Assembly (NCBI GenBank): GCA_040767195.1
Contig: JAXGPA010000003.1
Span: 32,001 to 96,000 of the forward strand
Direction: 5' to 3'
Origin: Syntrophales bacterium
GTDB lineage: Bacteria; Desulfobacterota; Syntrophia; Syntrophales; UBA6807
DNA length: 64,000 bases
Numbering within the stretch: the stretch's first letter is position 1; each line of letters begins with the position of its first letter. The translations under genes and the position numbers were made by a program. Of this stretch, positions 57,240 through 64,000 are shown in pieces. The notes below the pieces were generated by a model that had not been told where the DNA came from, did no database searches, and saw only the letters and a program-made list of their open reading frames with translations.

Positions 57240-58561
57240 TGAGCCCCTACAAATGCTATTACAACCACAACGTCGGTCTGGTTGACCTCACGGAAAAGAC
57301 CTTCCGCGTCCTCCCCCTGCCGCCGGAGGGCGTCCGGGAGCACCTGGGCGGGGCTCCCCTGAACGCCTATCTTCTTGGCCTGTATGAAGGGAAGGACCCT
57401 CTCGTCCTGGGGACGGGACCGCTCACGGGCAGTTTCGCTCCCGCGTCGTGCCTTCTCGTGGCGACTTTCCGGCCCCCGGGGTCCTCGAGGCCGGCCCACG
57501 TTCCCCTGACCCTTCGAACGGGTCCGGAAATGAAGTTCAGCGGACTCGACTTTCTCGTCATTCACGGCCGTTCTTCCTCGCCGGTTGTACTGAAAATCAA
57601 GAACGGGGAAGGAACCTTCGCCGGCGGGGAGGGGATTCACGGTAAAAATCTCACCGAAGCCCAGGCGTCGCTTCATCGGTTCGGGGAGTTTCGCGCCGTT
57701 CTTCTGGCAGGCCGGGCGGGGGCGCTCCAGGTACCCCGGGCCACTGCCCAGGTCGGACAGGCCGGCAGTTTCGACAAGGCGGGGCTGGCCCTCTGGATGG
57801 GCCGAAAAAACCTGGAGGGGATCCTTTTTCAGGGAGCCGGGGGGCTTTTCTTTGCCGGTGACCACGCCGGCCTTTCCCTGGAACTGGGAAAAAGAATCCG
57901 GTTGAAGGAAGGAAAGCCGGAAGGCTTCCGAAGCCTTCTCAAAAAAACAGGTGGAAATATCCTGGCGGGTGACCTTTTCCGAGGGACGGACGAAAAGATC
58001 ATGGCGTGCTACCACTGCCTGTATCCCTGCATGACCCGGCTGTCCTTTTCCAACAGGCGTTTCGTTTCGGGCCGGGATAAAGTGCGGCGGGAATCGGTGT
58101 GGCTGGCCGACTCCGTGGGCTTTACATCGCTGGTCGAAAAAAGACCGGCCGACGTCCTGCCCCTTTTAAAAGCCTGCCGGGAATTCGGTCTCGATCCACA
58201 GGCCGTGGTTCCCGTCCTCAACAGAGAAGACCCTTACAGCGACACCCTGGTCCGCCTGGAGTCCCTCCTTCTCGAGAATAACGGGAAAGAGCCGCCGGTG
58301 CAGGGGGAGGTGGCTTCTTTCGCGAGCGGGATGCCGTCCCCGGACGTCCCCGGCGGGGAGGAGGAAACCGCCTCGACGAAAAAGAAGATGGCCATGGCCA
58401 TGATCCTGGGCATCTGCCCCCTTTTCCTCTTCCTCGTACCCTGCCTGGACGTGCCTGATTACCTGAATTTTCTCCCGAGAGAAAAGGGAGCCTCGGCCTT
58501 CTACAGGGAAAAAGTCGAAGAACTCTCGGAGAGGCTCATCGGGGAATATCCCGTCCCCTGA
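57239..58561 (+). CDS. degenerate, truncated AOR-family protein (AFOR N-terminal domain)
   Basis: GLVDLT, HLGG, LVLGTGPLTGS..PA, G.EMKFSG.D.LVI.GRS..PV.L.I, MGRKNL, ACYHCLYPC, C..FGLD, LGICP. Lacks KSPxTG, GPAGE and EYET; 440 aa. Confidence 0.75.
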   Translation: MSPYKCYYNHNVGLVDLTEKTFRVLPLPPEGVREHLGGAPLNAYLLGLYEGKDPLVLGTGPLTGSFAPASCLLVATFRPPGSSRPAHVPLTLRTGPEMKFSGLDFLVIHGRSSSPVVLKIKNGEGTFAGGEGIHGKNLTEAQASLHRFGEFRAVLLAGRAGALQVPRATAQVGQAGSFDKAGLALWMGRKNLEGILFQGAGGLFFAGDHAGLSLELGKRIRLKEGKPEGFRSLLKKTGGNILAGDLFRGTDEKIMACYHCLYPCMTRLSFSNRRFVSGRDKVRRESVWLADSVGFTSLVEKRPADVLPLLKACREFGLDPQAVVPVLNREDPYSDTLVRLESLLLENNGKEPPVQGEVASFASGMPSPDVPGGEEETASTKKKMAMAMILGICPLFLFLVPCLDVPDYLNFLPREKGASAFYREKVEELSERLIGEYPVP

Positions 58562-59099
58562 TCAATATCCGTATGTGTTTTTTCAATTCCTCCCCCGTGA
58601 CGATGCCCGTGATTTTTTCCTCCAGGCGGCCGTTTTTGAAAAATAGAAAGGCTGGTGTCTTTTCGACACCGTAACGCTTCGCCACAGCGGGATTTTTTTC
58701 CAATTCCATCTTCACCATTTTAACCCCTCCGGCGTAGGCCGGCGCGATCCTGTCGAAGATGGGGACGAGGACCCGGCAGGTGACGCACCAGGGCGCCCAG
58801 AGGCACACCAGGGCGGGGCCGGGAAAATCGAGGATCTCGTTCTGAAAGGAAGCCTCCGCCAGTTCCGTGCTCGTTCCCTGGCAAAGAGGCGTGCCGCAGC
58901 GCCCGCATTTCGGCCGGTCCTCGAGGCGGTCTTCCGAAACGAGATTGCGGGTTCCGCAGTTGAGGCACCGGATGATGAGTTCGTCCAGGGAGGCCCCGCA
59001 TTTTCCGCAAAGGGGCCTGAACCCCACGGCCGAACCGGGAATCCGGTTTTTCTGTCCGCATCGGAGACACCGTATGACAAGATCGTCGGAAACGTTCAT
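58536..59099 (-). CDS. thioredoxin 2 (TrxC)-like protein with a duplicated N-terminal zinc ribbon
   Basis: CLRCGQKNR..CGKCG and CLNCGTRN..CGRCG, followed by WAPWCVTC and a thioredoxin fold. Confidence 0.82.
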   Translation of the reverse strand: MNVSDDLVIRCLRCGQKNRIPGSAVGFRPLCGKCGASLDELIIRCLNCGTRNLVSEDRLEDRPKCGRCGTPLCQGTSTELAEASFQNEILDFPGPALVCLWAPWCVTCRVLVPIFDRIAPAYAGGVKMVKMELEKNPAVAKRYGVEKTPAFLFFKNGRLEEKITGIVTGEELKKHIRILIRGRDIPR

Positions 59100-59119
59100 G
59101 ATATCGGGGTGACGAAACG

Positions 59120-59932
59120 TTAAAACATGTACGAGGTGAATCGGCAATACTCCTGGAACCCCAGGGTGCGATACAGGCTGTCGGACCCTTCCAGGGCGTG
59201 AAGGACCCCGAGTCCGTAGCCCAGGGTTTTCGCGTCCTGAAGCGTCTTCGACACCATGGCTTTCCCGATCCCCCTGCCGCGGTATTCGGGCAGGACCGCC
59301 AGGTTGTAGACCCCCGCGGCCCCGGCTTCCATGAAAAGAGAGGCCGCCGCCACGGGCCGCCCTTCATGAAGGGCCACGTAATTCCGCAGGGGCGTGTCCC
59401 CCTCGAAGCCGAGGCCTTCATAGGCTTCCCTGAAAAAATCGGCCGCCCGGGGCGGGAGGGAGAAGACGGTGGAAAACGGTTGAAAGAATTGCCTCAAAAG
59501 GCCAGCGTCGGTGGCGTCTTCCACGGACACCCCCTCGGGAAAGGATGATAAACCTTCAAACAGGCTCAAGTCAACCGCCATGCCCACGGCGTCCGCGGCG
59601 ACTGTCAACCCGTGCCCTTGAAGATGACTTCCAATATCCTCGGGAGCCGATGAAGGGCCGACCCACCAGAGACCGGGAAGGCCCCTTTCCCGGAAAATCC
59701 GCAAGGCGTCTTCGATGGCCTCGTCGATTTCCCCGGGTGCCAGGCGGGCACTGAATATCCCGTTGCACAGGGGAAAAGGCACACCGCCCACGAACTGGAT
59801 CAGGTCTTTTCCCACGTAAATTTCCGCCTGGGGATGGGCTTCCAGGGCCATCCACGCTTCAACGAGGTTGTCTTCTATGATTTTAATGACTTGTAAGATT
59901 ACCTGGCCGACATAGGGATCCTGCTGTTCCAT
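59120..59932 (-). CDS. GNAT family acetyltransferase
   Basis: C-terminal AGVYNLAVLPEYRGRGIG, LY..LGF. Confidence 0.87.
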   Translation of the reverse strand: MEQQDPYVGQVILQVIKIIEDNLVEAWMALEAHPQAEIYVGKDLIQFVGGVPFPLCNGIFSARLAPGEIDEAIEDALRIFRERGLPGLWWVGPSSAPEDIGSHLQGHGLTVAADAVGMAVDLSLFEGLSSFPEGVSVEDATDAGLLRQFFQPFSTVFSLPPRAADFFREAYEGLGFEGDTPLRNYVALHEGRPVAAASLFMEAGAAGVYNLAVLPEYRGRGIGKAMVSKTLQDAKTLGYGLGVLHALEGSDSLYRTLGFQEYCRFTSYMF

Positions 59933-59953
59933 TTTGCTCCTTTCGAAACCCCT

Positions 59954-60685
59954 TCAGGTGTTTTCCGGGACCCTCTCATCCTGTTCCTTTGCGCCGGGAT
60001 TCCGTTCCGGCCTTTTTGTTTCAAGCCGTTGAACCCACAGGGGGTGTCTCTTCCGGGCATAATCCAACCGGACGGAACCGGTGAAGATACTTCGAACGAG
60101 GGGGCGGTTGGGTTTGAGGATCAGGGCCCCCAGGTGGGCCACAAAAGCCAGGATGAAGAGAATGAAAGCGGTGTTGTGAACCCAGGTGGCAATCATGACG
60201 AGAGGGGGTGACAACTGGGGATCGAACAGGTTCTTCCAGGTTTTCACGAGACCGGAAAGAATGAGCAGTCCGATAATGAAAGCCATTCCGGCGTAGGCGA
60301 GCCTCTGTTCGGGGAGGTACTTGTCGAAAGGCGGTTCCTCCCCCTTCCCGAAAAAGGAACGGATCACCTCCACGGAAGCCCGGAGGTCGCCCTTCCGGGG
60401 CATCATGCCGTCATGGCGGAGAAGTCCGTGATAAACGAGGTGAAACGCGCCCGCGGCGATGAAGACAATGGAGGCGGCGTAGTGAATCTTGAGGGACGTG
60501 ATGTAGTCTCCCGACCAGCCGAGGCCGGGAAGTTCTGTGATGAAATACCGCCTGGCGATGGGCAGTTCGAAAAGGCCCGTCAGAAGCAGGACGAGGCCCG
60601 AGAGAGCGATGGTCCAGTGCTCGACCCGTTCGAGGAGGCTGTGCCGGACGACGACGCCTTTTTTTTCCAGTATCCGATCCGTCAT
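59954..60685 (-). CDS. membrane cytochrome b subunit (FdnI/PhsC-like)
   Basis: RHS..ER.EHW, four TM helices with heme-ligand His (IHY, FHLVYH, VHN, AHL), KYLPEQRLAY, SIFTG.V....A...HPLW. Confidence 0.85.
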   Translation of the reverse strand: MTDRILEKKGVVVRHSLLERVEHWTIALSGLVLLLTGLFELPIARRYFITELPGLGWSGDYITSLKIHYAASIVFIAAGAFHLVYHGLLRHDGMMPRKGDLRASVEVIRSFFGKGEEPPFDKYLPEQRLAYAGMAFIIGLLILSGLVKTWKNLFDPQLSPPLVMIATWVHNTAFILFILAFVAHLGALILKPNRPLVRSIFTGSVRLDYARKRHPLWVQRLETKRPERNPGAKEQDERVPENT

Positions 60686-60688
60686 TTC

Positions 60689-61675
60689 TCAGTCCCCTCC
60701 CGATTTCCCGTCTTTTTCCAAGGCGGCGACGGCAACCCCCAGCCAGGCCGCGGCGGCGCCCGCCAGCGGCGACAGAAGAAGGGCTTTCCCGAGAGCTTCC
60801 GTTTCGGCCATCCGGGGCTTTACGGGACCGAGGTGAGGCTGGCCGGGTCCTTTTTGGATGGACTCGTTGAGACGGTCGAAGGGCACGGGGGAGAGGTAAA
60901 GGGTGCTTGTCCCGCCATTTTCCGTCTTTCCGTAAATGAAGGCGCCCGTTTCCGCGGCCCGTCTTTCGGCCTCCGTGAAAATGTCCTGCCGGGAACCGAA
61001 GGTCATGGCATCCCTGGGACAGGCGTCCACGCATCCCGGTCGCTCGTTTTTCGTGATCCGCTCGTAACAGAGGTCGCACTTGAAGAGGACACCGTTCCCC
61101 GCCAGGGTCGGGAGGATGTGCAGATAAATGCCGATCCCGGACTGACGCTGGGGGATGGCCCAGGGACAGAGATCCCGGCACTTGGCCCCGCCGAAACACA
61201 GATCGGGGTCGATGACCACGGCCCCGTTCCCGTATTTCTGGTTGGCCGAGAAAGGGCACAGGGTGGCGCAGGCGGGGTGATCGCAGTGCATGCACCTCCG
61301 GGGAATAAAAAGTTCCCGGGTTTCACCGTTTTCCGAAACCGACGCCTTCTGGACGTAAATCCGGTTGTAGGGCGTCAGGCGGTCGGAGACGTGTTTCCGC
61401 CCCGACCAGTCCTCGATCTTTCCGCGGGGAAAAAGCTTGGGAATGGGCTGCACCGGCTCGGGAACCCGGGACAGGTAGAGATCCCGGCAGGCGGAAACGC
61501 AAAGGGGCCTTTCGTATCCCCGGCAGCCGTCGCACCGGCTGATGTCGATGAGGGTGGCAAACCCACGGGGTTCCCCCGCTTCCGCGATTCGGGGAAGGCC
61601 CGCACCGGCCGCGAAGGCCACCCCTCCGGCCATTTTCAGGAACCCTCTTCGGCTTATTTTCGGGGATTCGGACAT
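60689..61675 (-). CDS. Tat-exported 4Fe-4S protein (HybA/FdnH-like) with C-terminal TM helix
   Basis: SRRGFLK, LIDISRCDGC, PRRCMHCDHPACATLCP, CFGGAKCRDLCPW, KCDLCYER...PGCVDACP, ENGGTST. Confidence 0.87.
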   Translation of the reverse strand: MSESPKISRRGFLKMAGGVAFAAGAGLPRIAEAGEPRGFATLIDISRCDGCRGYERPLCVSACRDLYLSRVPEPVQPIPKLFPRGKIEDWSGRKHVSDRLTPYNRIYVQKASVSENGETRELFIPRRCMHCDHPACATLCPFSANQKYGNGAVVIDPDLCFGGAKCRDLCPWAIPQRQSGIGIYLHILPTLAGNGVLFKCDLCYERITKNERPGCVDACPRDAMTFGSRQDIFTEAERRAAETGAFIYGKTENGGTSTLYLSPVPFDRLNESIQKGPGQPHLGPVKPRMAETEALGKALLLSPLAGAAAAWLGVAVAALEKDGKSGGD

Positions 61676-61701
61676 GAAGCCTCCTGAAAACGCGATGCGA
61701 T

Positions 61702-61878
61702 TCAATCTTCCCAGTCCCGGTTCTTCCGGGCCCGTTTTTCCATTTCCATCTCCTCGGCCAGCCGCTCTTTCTCTTTCATGCAGGCGCTGCAGCAGGGAAG
61801 GGTTCCACACTGCCCCTTGCAATCGGAGAAATCGATGCCTTCGAAAGGGACGGGTTTTCCGTTCTTTTTGTCACCCAT
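61702..61878 (-). CDS. small Cys-rich protein (58 aa), not in the ORF track
   Basis: GAGG RBS; MGDKKNGKPVPFEGIDFSDCKGQCGTLPCCSACMKEKERLAEEMEMEKRARKNRDWED. Ends 26 nt before the downstream Fe-S gene, same strand. Confidence 0.55.
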   Translation of the reverse strand: MGDKKNGKPVPFEGIDFSDCKGQCGTLPCCSACMKEKERLAEEMEMEKRARKNRDWED

Positions 61879-62088
61879 GGACCAGCCTCAAAAAATCAAC
61901 CCTCGATGTCTTTCTAATATATTTCTTATTTCCCGTCTGTCCAGTGCTTTTGACGGAAACTTCCTCAATGAAGGCGAAAACGGAAAAACTTTCCCGTCAG
62001 TCTTGTTTTCGTCTTGACATTCGTTGCTCATCTGGCCTTTGATGAGAGGAAAACGGGCAAAAAGGATTTCACCGGGAGAAGGAAGACC

Positions 62089-63639
62089 ATGGCATGGGAT
62101 GATTTGATAAAGAATCTTCAAAATAAGAGACAAAAAGCCCTGGGGCAGGGCGGACCGGAAAAAACAGCGATACAGAAAGGGAAGGGGAGGCTGACCGCCC
62201 GGGAGAGGATCGATCACCTGCTGGACCGGGATTCTTTTTTCGAATTCGGCCTCCTCGCCTGTTCCGACATGCCCGGGATGAAAGACAAAACCGCCGCCGA
62301 CGGCCTCATCACCGGTTACGGGATGATCGATGGCCGCCAGGTCGGCGTCGTCGCCAGCGACTTTACCGTTCTCGCCTCGACGAACGCTCGGGTCTACTCG
62401 AAAAAGGCGAAACACGCGAGGGAGCAATCCCGGGAGCTGGGCTTTCCCCTGGTCTGGCTGGCCGAGTCCGGCGGCGGCCGGCTTCCCGACATCCAGGGAA
62501 GCCTCGGCATGGCCTCTCTCAGCGGAGAGGGCGGGAACAGGACGTCCATCTATCCCCAGTACAGCAACGCCAGGACCAGCCCCTGGATTACGGCGGTCAT
62601 GGGACAGAGCAACGGCGTTCCCATGTGGCAGGCGTGCCTCTCCGATTTCGTCGTCCAGGTGAAAGGATCCACCCTGTCCGTTTCCGGTGTCCGGGCCCTG
62701 AAAAAGGCGATCGCCGCGACATACACCGATGAGGACATGGGCGGATGGCAGGTGCACGCTGAAATAACCGGCATGGCCGATCGGGTTGCCGAAGACGAGG
62801 AAGAGTGCTTCGGGCTGATACGGGAGTTTCTCGATTACATGCCGTCATCGAGCGGGGACCCTCCACCGGATCGTCCCGGTCCCGCAAAATCGGCGAAAGA
62901 AACGAAAGGCATCATGGACATTCTTCCGCAAAAGCGAACACGGTCCTATGACATGTACCGGGTTATCGAGGCGATTGTTGACGGCGGCACGTTTTTCGAC
63001 CTGAAGCCGCTCTTTGGAAGGGCGGTTATCACGGGCCTCGCCCGAATCGGCGGGCGGGTCGCCGGCATCGTGGCCAATCAGCCCCTCGTCAACGGGGGCG
63101 CCATGGGCATAGAAGCCCTGGAAAAGATGACCGCCTTTTTCTGCCTCTGTGACACGTTCAACATCCCCTTGATTTTCTTCCATGACACGCCGGGCTTTAT
63201 CACGGGAAAGGACGCGGAACACCGGAAAGTGGGGCTGAAGGTCACCGTGGCGCTGGAAGCCCTCGCCCAGGTCACGGTCCCCAAGATATCCGTCATCGTT
63301 CGAAAGTCCTACGGGCAGGCCATGTTAAACATGTGCGGGCCGACGGCCGGGCCGGATTTTATCGTGGCGTGGCCGACGGCGGAGGTCGGTTTCCTGGAAC
63401 CGGAGATCGCTGTCGACGTCGTTTACGGATCGACGGCCGAGTCGGAAAAGGCAGCCCTGGTGGAAAGGATGGTCGCTGAAGGGAACCCCTGGCCGCTGGC
63501 GGAGCAGTTTTACATCCAAGATGTCATCGATCCCCGGGACACCCGAAATTACTTGATATCCGTTCTTTCTTTGATAAAAAAATCAAAAACAGGGGGCAAG
63601 GGCAAGCACCTTCTGGCCAACTGGCCATCGCGATTTTAA
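62089..63639 (+). CDS. acyl-CoA carboxylase/decarboxylase carboxyltransferase subunit (PccB-like)
   Basis: GRLTARERI..LLD..SF.E, ADGLITG.G.IDGR, ESGGGR, VANQP, DTPGF, RKSYG, AWPTAE, DVIDPRDTR. Confidence 0.88.
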   Translation: MAWDDLIKNLQNKRQKALGQGGPEKTAIQKGKGRLTARERIDHLLDRDSFFEFGLLACSDMPGMKDKTAADGLITGYGMIDGRQVGVVASDFTVLASTNARVYSKKAKHAREQSRELGFPLVWLAESGGGRLPDIQGSLGMASLSGEGGNRTSIYPQYSNARTSPWITAVMGQSNGVPMWQACLSDFVVQVKGSTLSVSGVRALKKAIAATYTDEDMGGWQVHAEITGMADRVAEDEEECFGLIREFLDYMPSSSGDPPPDRPGPAKSAKETKGIMDILPQKRTRSYDMYRVIEAIVDGGTFFDLKPLFGRAVITGLARIGGRVAGIVANQPLVNGGAMGIEALEKMTAFFCLCDTFNIPLIFFHDTPGFITGKDAEHRKVGLKVTVALEALAQVTVPKISVIVRKSYGQAMLNMCGPTAGPDFIVAWPTAEVGFLEPEIAVDVVYGSTAESEKAALVERMVAEGNPWPLAEQFYIQDVIDPRDTRNYLISVLSLIKKSKTGGKGKHLLANWPSRF

Positions 63640-63725
63640 AAAAGGGGAATCGGCGCCCGTTTACAGAAGACTGTAAAAGGAGGCGGATTGAGGGTTTAAG
63701 GCTTCACGGGTCAGCTCTTGAGGAT

Positions 63726-64000
63726 TCAAGTGGAGTACCCCGCCCTTTTTATGGAAACGTGTCCTTTAGCCGCGACCACCCGGGTCGAAGCCGCGGCCTC
63801 GAGGGCGACGGCCGCTTCATTTTTTTCACACACCGATTCGGGTTCCCAGGTCCATCCCCGGGCAAGCCGCTTTTCCTCGCTCTTCAGGGTCCGGTAAAGA
63901 TACCGCCCCGTAACGGGAGCGGCGATACGGGTCAAAAAACCGAAAGCATGGTAAAGATCCCGAAGGAGGACGTCCATCTTTTCCCGCATCCGGCGATCTT
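63726..64000 (-). CDS. C-terminal part of a protein running off the window (hypothetical)
   Basis: The frame is open to the window edge: ...LYHAFGFLTRIAAPVTGRYLYRTLKSEEKRLARGWTWEP.... Function not assignable from this fragment. Confidence 0.5.
   Translation of the reverse strand, partial: DRRMREKMDVLLRDLYHAFGFLTRIAAPVTGRYLYRTLKSEEKRLARGWTWEPESVCEKNEAAVALEAAASTRVVAAKGHVSIKRAGYST

Overview
GC-rich chromosomal segment from an anaerobic deltaproteobacterium; the gene content and order suggest Desulfobacterota, probably Syntrophales-like (inference). Positions 1-34.9 kb are mostly core genes: a long minus-strand run (PAS-GGDEF, PAS-HD-GYP, miaB, DUF151 nuclease, xerC, hslVU, argBDFGH, lipoprotein, lysA, dapA, start of dapB), then radC, an IHF subunit, rluB-scpBA-trpS, HU, a two-subunit biotin-dependent carboxylase, an M23 peptidase, secA, argJ and rpsB-tsf-pyrH-frr. 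This half also carries two copies of a 164-bp palindromic MITE/REP-like repeat and two lone repeat ends. Directly after the frr terminator lies the 5' remnant of a class C (IIC) group II intron. Beyond it is a tungsten-centred region: a divergent TupA paralog, tupABC, a TiaS-like protein, a PadR regulator and a single-subunit Mo/W storage (MoSto-like) protein. The best candidate for an undescribed system is the tightly coupled 12.8-kb operon at 45.8-58.6 kb. It joins a Tat-exported W-type aldehyde oxidoreductase (Fe-S plus AOR subunits) and NapG/NapH-like membrane electron carriers to a cytoplasmic HdrA-HdrA-MvhD-FdhB-FdhA-HdrC module with no HdrB, and ends in a degenerate second AOR. Downstream are a double zinc-ribbon thioredoxin, a GNAT, an orphan Tat Fe-S/cytochrome b pair led by a Cys-rich 58-aa ORF missing from the ORF track, and an acyl-CoA carboxyltransferase. 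I saw no rRNA, tRNA or CRISPR array. All assignments come from motif recognition by eye; no database searches were run.
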